This document shows positions 36,614 to 47,669 of a stretch of 64,000 bases of DNA, piece after piece; position 1 is the first letter of the stretch; each line of letters begins with the position of its first letter. Origin of the DNA: a virus; IMG/VR virus record IMGVR_UViG_3300044960_000113, positions 120,281 to 184,280 of that record; one strand, 5' to 3'. Both the position numbers and the translations under genes were made by a program. The notes beneath the pieces were generated by a model that was given only the letters and a program-made list of their open reading frames with translations, did no database searches and was not told the DNA's origin.

Positions 36614-37696
36614 ATGTTTTTGATTAAAATGATAGATATTTTATTTATTTCTAAGTATAGAGAATCAAAATCAAAATGGGAAGATCCAAGAACTATTAAT
36701 CCTAAAAATAAATTATTATCTTCTGGATTATTTAATAGTTTAAACTTTTTAAAAAATGCATTAATAGATGTTGGGATAACATGTGCTTATGAGCATGTTA
36801 TTGATAGTAATTATATATACAAAGAAATAAACAAATATAAACCTAAAGTTGTTATAATAGAAGCATTATGGGCAATGCCAGCCAAATTTGTAGAATTATC
36901 AAAGATATATCCAAATATTAAGTGGGTATTAAGATTACATAGTGATTTACCGTTTATTGCAAATGAGGGAATTTTTACACAATGGTTTTTTCAATATTTA
37001 AATATTAAAAATATGTTTATAAGTTGTAATAGTCAAAGAATGTTTTCATCATTAAAGCATTTTGTGACAAAAGATAAATTATTATATCTTCCTAATTATT
37101 ATCCACTGGATGAATATAATGAAAAACCAAAAATTAGAAATTTAGATGATAGAAATATTTTAAACATTGGGTGCTTTGGAGCAATTAGAAATCTTAAAAA
37201 TCAACTTTTTCAAGCATTTGCTGCAATTGAAATTGCTGATAAATTAGGAAAAACATTAAATTTTCATATTAATGCTACAAGAATAGAGGGTAAATCAGAA
37301 TCTGTAATTAAAAATATTAAAAATTTATTTGAGCATAATAAAAGACATAATTTAATTTCACATTATTGGATGGATCATTCAACATTTTTAGATATTATTT
37401 CAAATTTAGATATTTCACTACAAATTAGTTTAACTGAAACATTTAATATTATTGCAGCAGATAGTGTTAACAGAAACGTTCCAACAATAGTATCAAACGA
37501 AATTTATTGGGCAGATAATAAATTTAAAGTAGAACCAACCAACTATGACGATTTATTAAATAAAATGTTTTTTATATTTGATAATAAAGATAATGATATG
37601 ATTTATCTAGATAATAAACGCGCATTAAAACAATATTGTGATAATGTAATACCTACCTGGAAATTAGAACTTAATAAAATTTATAGTACATTATAA
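36614..37696 (+). CDS. putative glycosyltransferase (GT-B-like)
   Basis: NIGCFGAIRNLKNQ; ETFNIIAAD. Confidence 0.7.
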   Translation: MFLIKMIDILFISKYRESKSKWEDPRTINPKNKLLSSGLFNSLNFLKNALIDVGITCAYEHVIDSNYIYKEINKYKPKVVIIEALWAMPAKFVELSKIYPNIKWVLRLHSDLPFIANEGIFTQWFFQYLNIKNMFISCNSQRMFSSLKHFVTKDKLLYLPNYYPLDEYNEKPKIRNLDDRNILNIGCFGAIRNLKNQLFQAFAAIEIADKLGKTLNFHINATRIEGKSESVIKNIKNLFEHNKRHNLISHYWMDHSTFLDIISNLDISLQISLTETFNIIAADSVNRNVPTIVSNEIYWADNKFKVEPTNYDDLLNKMFFIFDNKDNDMIYLDNKRALKQYCDNVIPTWKLELNKIYSTL

Positions 37697-37773
37697 TATA
37701 GAAATATAAGAATTTAATATAATATATTATTTAAAAATTTATTTCCTATACCACTACACATAATTCAACAAAT

Positions 37774-37998
37774 TTATAATATTTTTTTCTCTTTAATTAA
37801 CGTCTCAAAAATATAAAACATTTGGTCAAATTTAAGATCATATAAACCTTTTATTCCTAAAAGTATATTTACTATTTCATCGTTTGATAAATTTTTATCA
37901 CTAATTCCTTCAATTAATGAATTTATATCTGACGTAATGTTCCAACATTCCATAATTTTTTGTTCTAATTCAAATCTATCAGTCATATTAACCTCCAT
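37774..37998 (-). CDS. hypothetical phage protein
   Basis: ORF track. Confidence 0.6.
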   Translation of the reverse strand: MEVNMTDRFELEQKIMECWNITSDINSLIEGISDKNLSNDEIVNILLGIKGLYDLKFDQMFYIFETLIKEKKIL

Positions 37999-38482
37999 TT
38001 ATGTTTTTAATAATAAAACGAACTTCCATAATACATTTTCCTAATAAGTTCTGACCACGCCATCGATCTGGATTAGTAGCATCTATATTATTTTCACCAA
38101 TACCAATTCCCCAAATTTTATCATATGGACTAGCTTCAACTAAAATTTTGTCTCCAGTTGCCAAAAGTTTTTCTTTTAATTTTTCATTTTGATTAAATTT
38201 ATTGATATTGCCTTGAATGACTACAGCTTCTTTAATTTTATCCCAATATGATGAATCAAAATTTTTGATTTTTCTACCTATTGCTTTAGCCTCTTTAGAT
38301 GTTTTAGCTTTTAAAATTTTTTCTGCAGATTTTAAATCTTCAAATGTTGTTGCTTTTCTGTGAATCATGAAATGCTCTGCTGTTGGAAACGTTATTCCAT
38401 TTACAATAAATTTAGATGGATACCATTGCGATAACCAATCTTTTTCACCAAAAAAGAAAATAAATTTATCTGTCTCTCTCAT
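37988..38482 (-). CDS. NADAR-family ADP-ribosylhydrolase (YbiA-like)
   Basis: LSQWYP...TAEHF; EASPYDKIWGIG; GQNLLG. Confidence 0.92.
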   Translation of the reverse strand: MRETDKFIFFFGEKDWLSQWYPSKFIVNGITFPTAEHFMIHRKATTFEDLKSAEKILKAKTSKEAKAIGRKIKNFDSSYWDKIKEAVVIQGNINKFNQNEKLKEKLLATGDKILVEASPYDKIWGIGIGENNIDATNPDRWRGQNLLGKCIMEVRFIIKNINGG

Positions 38483-38483
38483 A

Positions 38484-39041
38484 TCATATCTCTATTTTTT
38501 GATACCACGATGGTATCAATCCATGTTTCCATTTAGCAATATGTTGTTTAGTAGAATTAAAATATAGTTGATATGATTTTTCGCAATAATCAATTTCAGA
38601 TTTATCTAATTTATATTCAATTGGCATTGCTCTAAATGGACTTGTAAATAAATTTTTTGGTATTGAAAATGGAACATTTTTTAAATATGGAATCAATCTA
38701 GAACATGAATGAATTTTATTATATCTTTTAGAATATTCATCTAATAAATTTATCCACAATGTATAAAGCCACATATAATTAGAATCTGATTGTCTAACCC
38801 ATTTTGCCGATGGATGATTAATATGTGTTGCTTTATATAAATTTGATTCCATATCAACATCTATTAATTTAAAATATTTTTGTTTCCTATTTTTTTGATC
38901 ACGTATTTCTAATACACCATCTAAAACTCTATGTGCTGTTGATAATAATTGTGCATATTCTATAATCATTTTAATACAGTGTTTATCACAATGTTGTTGT
39001 GCACATATTTTTGGATCTTTATTAAAAAAGAAAATATTCAT
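38484..39041 (-). CDS. DenV/pyrimidine-dimer glycosylase-like protein
   Basis: MNIF...HCDKHxxKMIIEYAQLLS; HxNHPS. Confidence 0.75.
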   Translation of the reverse strand: MNIFFFNKDPKICAQQHCDKHCIKMIIEYAQLLSTAHRVLDGVLEIRDQKNRKQKYFKLIDVDMESNLYKATHINHPSAKWVRQSDSNYMWLYTLWINLLDEYSKRYNKIHSCSRLIPYLKNVPFSIPKNLFTSPFRAMPIEYKLDKSEIDYCEKSYQLYFNSTKQHIAKWKHGLIPSWYQKIEI

Positions 39042-39121
39042 TTTAAATATTTTATGTTTATAATTTCCTAATTGATATATTCTTTACAAAATGAATAATT
39101 ATAACATAAAACCTTTTAAAT

Positions 39122-40201
39122 TTATTTTATTTCATAACGATCATATACTGGATTATGTTGTTGATTAACACGAATGAATGTTGTGCGTTTAGGAAGCTCT
39201 TTAATCGATTTACTTCCTGTATAAGTACATGCGCTACGTAATCCACCCAAAAAATCTAGAACAGTGTTTTTAACTTCACCTTTATATGGAAGCAATACTT
39301 TTTTTCCTTCACTTGATCGATAATTGTTAACACCACCATAATATTTTTCCATTGCAGTAGATGAACTCATACCATAAAAATAGACACCTTTAATATTTCC
39401 ATCTTTATCATATACCAAATTTTCTTCTCCTGCTTCTTTATGCCCAGCTAACATACTACCTAACATAACAAAATCGGCACCACCACCAAATGCTTTTGCA
39501 ATATCTCCAGGAACTACACAACCACCATCACTAATAATATGTCCACCTAAACCATGTGCGGCATCAGCACATTCAATAACAGCTGATAATTGTGGATATC
39601 CAACACCCGTCTTAATACGAGTGGTACACACCGACCCTCCACCTATGCCTACCTTAATTAAATCTGCACCTTCTAGGATAAGTGCCTCGGTCATCTCAGG
39701 TGTTACCACATTTCCAGCAATGATAATTAAATTTTCTAAATTTCTAAGTCTTTGAATACTTTTTAGAAAATGCTGACTATATCCATTTGCAATATCTAAA
39801 CACACCCATTTAATTTGTTTATAATTTTTTGATATTTCATAAATTTTTTTAAATTTCTCAAAATCTTCTAAACTAGAACCTAAACTATATATAATATTTT
39901 CTGTAGATAATGAACTTTTTTCCAAAAAGTTTTTCCAATCTTCTTCATTATAATGTTTATGAATACACGTCAACATTTTAAATTCATCAAGTTTAAAGGC
40001 CATTTCAAATGTGCCAACAGTGTCCATATTTGAAGCAATGATGGGAATACCAGACCACGTATACTTAGAATATTTAAATTTAAAATCTCTAATTAATGAA
40101 ACCTCACTTCTACTGTTTAGTGTTGATCGTTTTGGTAAAATAAGTACATCTTTAAAATCTAGTTTAATATCATCGATTATTCGCATTCTTGAAACTCCCA
40201 A
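39122..40201 (-). CDS. guaC: GMP reductase
   Basis: [34 protein letters not shown]. Confidence 0.93.
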   Translation of the reverse strand: MGVSRMRIIDDIKLDFKDVLILPKRSTLNSRSEVSLIRDFKFKYSKYTWSGIPIIASNMDTVGTFEMAFKLDEFKMLTCIHKHYNEEDWKNFLEKSSLSTENIIYSLGSSLEDFEKFKKIYEISKNYKQIKWVCLDIANGYSQHFLKSIQRLRNLENLIIIAGNVVTPEMTEALILEGADLIKVGIGGGSVCTTRIKTGVGYPQLSAVIECADAAHGLGGHIISDGGCVVPGDIAKAFGGGADFVMLGSMLAGHKEAGEENLVYDKDGNIKGVYFYGMSSSTAMEKYYGGVNNYRSSEGKKVLLPYKGEVKNTVLDFLGGLRSACTYTGSKSIKELPKRTTFIRVNQQHNPVYDRYEIK

Positions 40202-40536
40202 ATATCACCTAATTTAATTTCTCTATTAACAACAAATGGTTCTACAGAACCATTCATATTCTTTTTTTCATCTTCATATGGTGCAGCAACTTCTCTATAT
40301 AACTCAAGTTTTACACATTCTAAAATACCAATTGCATCATTTATATTACTATATGATAATTTATTTGTTCCTATTTCTTGAGCATAAATACTTTTAAGAA
40401 TTTTAGTTAATGTATAATTTATCACACCTTTTAAGTATGAAATTCCTTTATCTTTTTCTACATCAATAAGTTTGTCGACTAACGTTTGAATCGAATCATC
40501 TATTCTTTTTCTATCATATGAATAAATATATGGCAT
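40177..40536 (-). CDS. hypothetical phage protein
   Basis: MPYI...GVINY...KLELYR...APYED. Confidence 0.7.
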   Translation of the reverse strand: MPYIYSYDRKRIDDSIQTLVDKLIDVEKDKGISYLKGVINYTLTKILKSIYAQEIGTNKLSYSNINDAIGILECVKLELYREVAAPYEDEKKNMNGSVEPFVVNREIKLGDIWEFQECE

Positions 40537-40550
40537 TTTATGTTACCTCC

Positions 40551-41240
40551 TTATAAAATTTCTTTTATAAATTTATATCTATCTACGTGACCCTCAAATG
40601 TTTTTGTTGTAAGGTCAACACAATTGTTACACAATAATGGAATAACCGTAGATACAAAAAAATGTTTGTGTTTTTTAAATACATTACCACACAAGCTGCA
40701 TAAATATTCACCATTTACACCATGGTTACCATATTTATCCTTCTTTAAAATTCCAACTGGAAGTTTATCTAAATAATCATAAAATTCATCAAAACTTGTA
40801 AATATTCTTGTACATAAACCTTGTAACCATCCAGGAACTTCTTTATACCAATCTTTATACATTGATATTAAAAAAATAGGTATATTATTTAAATATGCAT
40901 ATTGTGCTTCACTAATTGTTCCTGCACCTCTACGTGCAGATTCATCATAAAGAATAATTAAAAAATCTGTATCATTTTTAATTAATTCTAAATCTGCATA
41001 AATAAAATGTTGTCTAAAATTTGCCTTATATTGAAGATGATTTGATTCGTTTTCTGGAAAATATAGCTGACCATATTTTTTTGTATATTCTTTATCTAGT
41101 TGACAAATATCGATAGGATAATATCCACGTTCAATCAAATTTTTAGAGCATTTTATTCTCCAGTCTGCTCCCAAATTTCTTGCAAATTGCATACCTCCAG
41201 ATAAGTATGCAGAACCTTTACTGTTTTCTCTATTTAACAT
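40551..41240 (-). CDS. nucleoside 2-deoxyribosyltransferase-like protein
   Basis: YLSGGM; DL...D; GTISE...A. Confidence 0.65.
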   Translation of the reverse strand: MLNRENSKGSAYLSGGMQFARNLGADWRIKCSKNLIERGYYPIDICQLDKEYTKKYGQLYFPENESNHLQYKANFRQHFIYADLELIKNDTDFLIILYDESARRGAGTISEAQYAYLNNIPIFLISMYKDWYKEVPGWLQGLCTRIFTSFDEFYDYLDKLPVGILKKDKYGNHGVNGEYLCSLCGNVFKKHKHFFVSTVIPLLCNNCVDLTTKTFEGHVDRYKFIKEIL

Positions 41241-41437
41241 TTATTTTTCTTTCCTTCATCCTTAATTATTTTTTCATTACTAATCAATTAATTAAACATA
41301 CTTACTCTTCTTCTTGTAATTACACAATGAAGAAGTAATAAATCACTCTAATAAAATATCATAACTTAAACGTCTACCATTTTTTGATCCAATATATTTT
41401 TAATTATATAACAGTTAAAATATAATTGACAACATAT

Positions 41438-41836
41438 TTAATTAGATTTAGGTGTTTTTTGCTTTTCATTTTTAATTTTAGCTAAACCTTCTTCCAATGC
41501 ATTAATATAATCTCTTATTTGTTCTTCTCCTTGAAGCATAAAATCAACTTCAGTTTCATAATAACCTTTAAATAAAATATTAAATGCACAAACAATTCTT
41601 CTTTTAAATGCCCACCACATGTTTTTTAATGCATGTGGGTGATCTTTATCTGGAATTTTCCACCAATCTTTATCAACTTGTGTTGAATAAAACGTCATTT
41701 CTAAAATTCCAAGATCTGACATACTATCAGATATTTCTATGATATGAGAATGATTTGGTAATGAACAAGCACATTCAGCCTTATAGAAAATATGTTTATC
41801 ACCTTCTGATATTTTAGAAATCCTATTTGATGTCAT
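41438..41836 (-). CDS. hypothetical protein
   Basis: ORF track. Confidence 0.65.
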   Translation of the reverse strand: MTSNRISKISEGDKHIFYKAECACSLPNHSHIIEISDSMSDLGILEMTFYSTQVDKDWWKIPDKDHPHALKNMWWAFKRRIVCAFNILFKGYYETEVDFMLQGEEQIRDYINALEEGLAKIKNEKQKTPKSN

Positions 41837-41893
41837 TATTTCTCTTTACATTTAATAAAATTTTAAATTACAATTTTATTTATTATTAGCAAT

Positions 41894-42466
41894 TTACCTT
41901 AATTTAATAGGTCCTTCCTCTTTACCATTTTTGAAAATCTTTTCGACCTTATCGGTAATGATAGGTGAATATTTTGTCAAATCAGTTTTTGGATAACCTG
42001 CCATTCGAAGCCAAAATCCTGTCCAAACATAACCAAGATTAGTTTCATAACTACGACGAGTATCAATCATTTGTGTTTGGGCATTTTGAAATTCATTTCT
42101 ACCAGCCTCGATTATTTGTTGAAGTTTAACATAAACTTTACTATCAAGCTGTGGATTTTGTTCTTTTAACCATTGAAACACCGCTTTACTTCCTTCAGTA
42201 CCATAACGCCCAGAAATTGCAGCAGTTACAACTTCTTTTACGTCATTCTTGTACATTTCAGGGACTTGTGCAACTTCACCAATTTTTTGTGAATATTGTG
42301 CTAGAATATTTTGGTTATTAATATATTGTGCATCAAGTTTTTTCTCCATAGTAACACCATAGTTAACAGCATTAATGTATGCTAACATAAGCATAACAAG
42401 TAAAAAAACTAATACACCTACAAGAGTGATAGCAATTTTAGCACCATTACTAATATTAATCTTCAT
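41894..42466 (-). CDS. LemA-like membrane-anchored protein
   Basis: N-terminal TM helix then helical domain. Confidence 0.6.
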   Translation of the reverse strand: MKINISNGAKIAITLVGVLVFLLVMLMLAYINAVNYGVTMEKKLDAQYINNQNILAQYSQKIGEVAQVPEMYKNDVKEVVTAAISGRYGTEGSKAVFQWLKEQNPQLDSKVYVKLQQIIEAGRNEFQNAQTQMIDTRRSYETNLGYVWTGFWLRMAGYPKTDLTKYSPIITDKVEKIFKNGKEEGPIKLR

Positions 42467-42488
42467 TATATTGCTCCTTAATTAAAAA

Positions 42489-43631
42489 TTAACGAAATTT
42501 ACTACTTGAAAAACGTCCATTAAATATACTTCTTCTTTGATTTTTTTTATATTGAAATAATAAAAATACTGAGAATATTGAAATTAATAATGGACCAATC
42601 AATATTCCAAAAATATATAATTCATCTGATAATTGTATTTCATATTTTAAATATTCAAAATCTCTCATACGTTTTCTTACAAAATTTTTAGAAACATGTT
42701 CTTCTATAACATTTAAAACAGAATTCATTTCTAAATTTTTAAGATCAAATAATGCATCACGCAAATTAACCTTAAAATCTTCTCTATCTGTCCATGATAA
42801 AATTCTTACCCAACTAATTTCAGTTTCTGGATAATTTGGTATACCTAACATTACTATTATATCATTCTTTTTACCACCTAACCACATTTTTTTAACATTA
42901 TACTCAAAATTAGGATCATCAAGTTTTACTAACATGATTATAATATTACATTGTTTTTGAGGACCTAATTTTCTCAGTTTTAATGCTAATTGATAATTCC
43001 ATTTATCTAAATCTTTAATCTGATTTGCTGGTATATTTACAGGTAATACGCGGTCTAAATAATGATAATCATAAACATTCAGTGGATATGCTGGAACATA
43101 TTTGTCTAATGATGTGTTTACATTATTATTAAAATTAAATAATGAAGCATCGACACCCATAATATAATTTGTAAATTTATAAACAAATGCGGTTGGTTGT
43201 CCAATTGTTACTTTTGTCCAACGTGGTGGTTCTTGAGTTCCTTGGCGGTCAATTCGTTGGATATTAAATTCTTTTACTGTTGTTTTTACACGCCAATCAA
43301 CATCATATGAATGCTCATAACACGTATCACACGTTGTACTACATGATCTATTACTACCCGAACCTGAGCACGATTCTCTGCAGTTACACGAATATGAATG
43401 TTCACAACTTACACGAATTTTTTCTTTTCCTGTTACTTCACCATTATATATTTCTTGATCTATTATTTTATTTGAATATCCAATACCATAAATCATTATA
43501 GATAATATTAATGAGCCAATAATACTAATTATAATGAATTTATAATTATAGATATTTTTTATGCCCAAAAAATACCATAGGACAGCAGTAATGGATGACA
43601 GTATTAATACAACCAAAAAATATGCTAACAT
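42489..43631 (-). CDS. membrane protein with Cys-rich extracellular domain
   Basis: Two N-terminal TMs, CEHSYSCNC...CDTC, C-terminal TM. Confidence 0.7.
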   Translation of the reverse strand: MLAYFLVVLILSSITAVLWYFLGIKNIYNYKFIIISIIGSLILSIMIYGIGYSNKIIDQEIYNGEVTGKEKIRVSCEHSYSCNCRESCSGSGSNRSCSTTCDTCYEHSYDVDWRVKTTVKEFNIQRIDRQGTQEPPRWTKVTIGQPTAFVYKFTNYIMGVDASLFNFNNNVNTSLDKYVPAYPLNVYDYHYLDRVLPVNIPANQIKDLDKWNYQLALKLRKLGPQKQCNIIIMLVKLDDPNFEYNVKKMWLGGKKNDIIVMLGIPNYPETEISWVRILSWTDREDFKVNLRDALFDLKNLEMNSVLNVIEEHVSKNFVRKRMRDFEYLKYEIQLSDELYIFGILIGPLLISIFSVFLLFQYKKNQRRSIFNGRFSSSKFR

Positions 43632-43637
43632 AATATA

Positions 43638-43784
43638 TTAAAATTTTGATTGAGAACCTTGATGAGTTGGTAGATCTTGATCTAATTTATTATTAAATAT
43701 TGGAACAATAATACTAGTAAGAATACCAATAATTGCAATAACAATCATGACCTCAATAAGTGTTAAACCGAATAAACGTTTCAT
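43638..43784 (-). CDS. type IV pilin-like peptide (48 aa) MKRLFGLTLIEVMIVIAIIGILTSIIVPIF...
   Basis: Prepilin peptidase motif G|LTLIE with Glu5 and hydrophobic helix; missed by the ORF track. Confidence 0.75.
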   Translation of the reverse strand: MKRLFGLTLIEVMIVIAIIGILTSIIVPIFNNKLDQDLPTHQGSQSKF

Positions 43785-43846
43785 CTGTATTCTCTTAATG
43801 ATAATAAAAACATTATATATTATTTGAAGTTAAAAATAAACAATAA

Positions 43847-44257
43847 TTATTTTTCTTCAGATTCTGCTTCTTTTTCCATTTTAGTAAGTCGTGTATAATA
43901 ATCTGGAAATTCCATTAAATGATCTTTAGCGATCAATTCTGCTATCCATTTATTATTTGTATGTTCTAATTCTACTTTACGACCAATTTCCAGTTCCTTA
44001 GGATCGAATTTATCATCTGGTACTTGATTATGTTTTCCTAATTTTTTAAGAAATGAATGAAGAAGTTTAAATATTTCATTTTCTACATCATCAACTGATA
44101 AATTTAATTTTGATGCTAAAGCATGAACATCGTCCTCTTTTGGAATTTTTTTTGAAAATAATAGAATTATTTCATCATTAAGTTTATTTTCATCTATATC
44201 TTCTTTTAATTTTATTCCTGATAATTTTGCAATTCTTTTTTTAAAGATTATATGCAT
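43847..44257 (-). CDS. DUF5661-like protein
   Basis: GRKVELEHT...IAKDHLMEFPDYYTRL. Confidence 0.6.
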   Translation of the reverse strand: MHIIFKKRIAKLSGIKLKEDIDENKLNDEIILLFSKKIPKEDDVHALASKLNLSVDDVENEIFKLLHSFLKKLGKHNQVPDDKFDPKELEIGRKVELEHTNNKWIAELIAKDHLMEFPDYYTRLTKMEKEAESEEK

Positions 44258-44467
44258 TTATATTTCCTTCTCTAGAGACAGTTATGTACCAATCACCGTC
44301 TGGTGAAGATTCAATTTCTGACATAGTAAATTTTATATTTTTTTTATCATAAAAGTTTCTTAAATATTCTGAAACTTTTATGAGATAATTTATATCTTTA
44401 TTTTTAATTGAAAAATAAACCATAATAAATTATATTTCCCAATATAGATATATTTATTAAAGTGAAG

Positions 44468-45007
44468 TTAATTACACCAATTAATTTTCTTATTTCCATT
44501 ATATGGTTTTGCAAAACCGTTTTTAATTAACATATCTGACAATTTAGAATTCTCAATATAAACATCAGCATCTATTCTTCTACCATATTTGTCCCATGAT
44601 ATATTAGAAAACATAATTGGACGATTTTGATCTATAGCTTTAAAAATAACTATTTTTGTAAATTCGGTTGCTTGTTTTGCTAAAATAATTTCATTTTCAC
44701 ATTTTGCTAATGAGCGTAATTTTTCTGGTGTATCAATCCCCTTAACACGAATTTTTACTGGATTTAATTCATCTGGAAAACTAGGAATAATAACTTCTAA
44801 AGTATCGCCATCAATAACTTTTACAACTTTCCAAGAATAAAATTTTTCTTTAATCTTATAATTTATTTGTTGATTAACACTTAAAATACTTCCAGTAAAT
44901 GTCTCTGCATTTACATTTAATGTAATAAATGACAAAATTAATAATATAAAACGCATTTTTCTCCTTTTAATTAATTTATGGTGTGGGGCTAAGCCCCACA
45001 CCAACAA
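44468..45007 (-). CDS. thermonuclease (SNase) family
   Basis: VIDGDT, RVKGIDTPE, DKYGRR. Confidence 0.9.
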   Translation of the reverse strand: MLVWGLAPHHKLIKRRKMRFILLILSFITLNVNAETFTGSILSVNQQINYKIKEKFYSWKVVKVIDGDTLEVIIPSFPDELNPVKIRVKGIDTPEKLRSLAKCENEIILAKQATEFTKIVIFKAIDQNRPIMFSNISWDKYGRRIDADVYIENSKLSDMLIKNGFAKPYNGNKKINWCN

Positions 45008-45025
45008 TAAATATTTTCTTAATAT

Positions 45026-45316
45026 TTATTTATTTGACGTATTTTTAACAGTTTTTTTACGTGGTCTAAATGGCTTGGAAACAGAAATATTTGAATCTGT
45101 TAAAACAACTCCAATATCAACAATATATTCACCAGGTCTAAGTTTAATATCAAATTTATTTGAAAAAAGTTTTGCTGATTTAATATCATCGACCAAATTT
45201 GGTGAATTTGTTTCTGTATTAAATCCAGCAAAATATTTTCCAGAACGAGTTTTAACAGCATAAAAATGTTGCTTAACAGAAAGTTCATTATCTTTATTCA
45301 CAGATTCTACATCCAT
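45026..45316 (-). CDS. hypothetical protein
   Basis: ORF track, RBS. Confidence 0.6.
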   Translation of the reverse strand: MDVESVNKDNELSVKQHFYAVKTRSGKYFAGFNTETNSPNLVDDIKSAKLFSNKFDIKLRPGEYIVDIGVVLTDSNISVSKPFRPRKKTVKNTSNK

Positions 45317-45350
45317 TTTTTTCTCCTTAATAAAAAGTTAAAAAAACAAC

Positions 45351-45764
45351 TTACTTTTTAATATCCTTTAAAACTTTCATAAAATATGAAAATAAAAGAA
45401 TATTAAAAGCTCTAGCATAAGATTCAGAAATCATTTCTGGACCAGCAAATGATTCATCATCTATACTAAATCCTGCTACATATCCCGTCTGGTCTTTATG
45501 CAAAGACCTAGGTGAAAAACATACATAAACAATTCCTATTTTCTTTTCTAGATCAGCTATATTATTCAAATCGTTTAAATAATCTTTTTTTTCATCTAAT
45601 TTAAGTTCATCAATTAATAATTCATTAATAGCTTTTCTTTTAGCAAAATATTCCCATGTAACAATTAATTCATCTGCAACATTAATAAAAATAGATTTAA
45701 TATCTAACGTCGATTTATTTTGTTTCAACTTTTTCTTATATTCTTGAATATCTATAACTGACAT
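45351..45764 (-). CDS. hypothetical protein
   Basis: ORF track. Confidence 0.6.
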   Translation of the reverse strand: MSVIDIQEYKKKLKQNKSTLDIKSIFINVADELIVTWEYFAKRKAINELLIDELKLDEKKDYLNDLNNIADLEKKIGIVYVCFSPRSLHKDQTGYVAGFSIDDESFAGPEMISESYARAFNILLFSYFMKVLKDIKK

Positions 45765-45978
45765 TATGCAATATTTCTTTTATCTACTAAATACATAGTA
45801 ACATCTAACCATTCTTTAAAAAATTTTTTAATTTTAATTATATCACATGGCTCAGAATTGTTAAATGTATCGACAATAGATTGTGCAATATCATCTGCTT
45901 TTTTCTTTTTATAAAAATATTCAAAATTGTAAATTTTTGCTTTCATTTTTATTATCCTTTATAACGTACATCATATTT

Positions 45979-46221
45979 CTATTTATTACTGTCAAATGAT
46001 TTAGTAAATTCTTGAATTCTATTATTAAAATATCTCCTAATTAAATAACTACGCAATATAGCAACTATAGTAAATATGAAAGATATTTCAATATTATTTG
46101 AAAATGATATATTTATTCCATACAACGGAAAAATAATTAATTGTAAAATTAATGCTGTTATCCACCCAGATAAAACATTAATAATTGATTCTATAAAACT
46201 TTGAAGACGAGTTTGAGACAT
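45979..46221 (-). CDS. small two-TM phage membrane protein
   Basis: QTRLQSFIES...RSYLIRRYFN. Confidence 0.65.
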   Translation of the reverse strand: MSQTRLQSFIESIINVLSGWITALILQLIIFPLYGINISFSNNIEISFIFTIVAILRSYLIRRYFNNRIQEFTKSFDSNK

Positions 46222-46331
46222 TTAAATTAATTTATTCAACTTATTTTTATATTGAACATTCAGATAAAATAATAATAATAAGAAATAATGCAATAATTAT
46301 TTCAGTTTTATTGTATATCATTTTAATAATT

Positions 46332-47126
46332 TCATACATCCAAAATTAGATTAGGATCGAAATTTTTATTTTCACAAATAACAGTACCACGAGGATTACA
46401 AATAACTCGAGTGTTACCAATCATATAATCTTTACTCGAATGAACATGACCATGTAACCAATATTTAGCACCACTATAATTGACAGTACTGTCCATGTTA
46501 GAAGCAAAAATATAACGCACAGTACCAAGCCAAGTCTCTGCTGTTGAATCCATGCTCTTAAAACTTGGAGCATGGTGAGTCATCACTACAGTTGGGCCAT
46601 TAAACGGAGTATGACACATTTTTTCAATAAAACGTTTATGTTCTTTGTGAAGTTTAATAGCATCTGCCGGATGAAATTTTCTTTGTGTAATTTTTCCAAT
46701 TTGAATAAATTCAAAATCAGATACTTTATCTTTAGCGGCATGAATAGCAAACCAGTCAGAATTATTGAAATCACTCCAAAGAGTTGCTCCAATAAAACGA
46801 ACACCATCAATGATAATATAATTATTGTCTAAAATATGAACATGACTGAGCTCAGGATATTTAGAAATTTCAAGTTCTAATTGAGTACAAGCATCAGAAA
46901 TATTAGCACCCTCGTATTCGTGGTTACCAAGAACGTAAAGAACAGATTTAAAACCTGGGGCAACAGAAAGAAGTGCCTCAATGATTTTATCATTGATAGC
47001 AAGATCACCAGTAATAGCAAGAATTCTATCCTTATCTTCTTCTGTTTTTTGAAGATTAAAAGGACCTGATTCCCAATGAATGTCTGTAATGAATCGAATC
47101 TGCATTATATTTAAATCCATCAACAA
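46332..47126 (-). CDS. calcineurin-like metallophosphoesterase (paralogue of 31081-31887)
   Basis: TDIHWE, GD, GNHE, THH, HGHVH. Confidence 0.9.
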   Translation of the reverse strand: MLMDLNIMQIRFITDIHWESGPFNLQKTEEDKDRILAITGDLAINDKIIEALLSVAPGFKSVLYVLGNHEYEGANISDACTQLELEISKYPELSHVHILDNNYIIIDGVRFIGATLWSDFNNSDWFAIHAAKDKVSDFEFIQIGKITQRKFHPADAIKLHKEHKRFIEKMCHTPFNGPTVVMTHHAPSFKSMDSTAETWLGTVRYIFASNMDSTVNYSGAKYWLHGHVHSSKDYMIGNTRVICNPRGTVICENKNFDPNLILDV

Positions 47127-47195
47127 TTTATAGTTTATTATAACATAAATAATAATAAATGTAAACTGTTATATTTTATTAATAAAATCAACATA

Positions 47196-47669
47196 TTATA
47201 ATTTTGATGTGAATATATAATAACCATCCATATAATTAGATTTATTCAATAAATCATTTTCAAGAATTTCTTCAAATGTTATACATGTTAAATATTCAAA
47301 TATATCTTCACCTAAATCTTGTCTATGTTTTAAACATATAAATGTTGTATTATGTTTTTCAGCAAATGTAATTTCTCTATCTGATATGGTAATACTATTT
47401 CCTTTTTGTGATGTTTTAACATCATAATATACATCACCTATACGAAAATCAAAAGGTGAATAATCAGTTATTTCTGATTTATCATCTTTGACAGTATTAA
47501 TGTTCATATTAGTAATGATGTCGTGTTCAACTTGCCATTGACACGCAAATCCATATATTTTTTGCTCACGTTTAACATTAACGTTCTTAAATTTTTTATA
47601 CGCACGATCTAAAAATTCTGGTAAAATTGTTATAATTTCACCTTTAACATATGGAATTATGTTGTTCAT
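47196..47669 (-). CDS. hypothetical protein, possible PD-(D/E)XK nuclease
   Basis: PFDF...YDVK. Confidence 0.45.
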   Translation of the reverse strand: MNNIIPYVKGEIITILPEFLDRAYKKFKNVNVKREQKIYGFACQWQVEHDIITNMNINTVKDDKSEITDYSPFDFRIGDVYYDVKTSQKGNSITISDREITFAEKHNTTFICLKHRQDLGEDIFEYLTCITFEEILENDLLNKSNYMDGYYIFTSKL

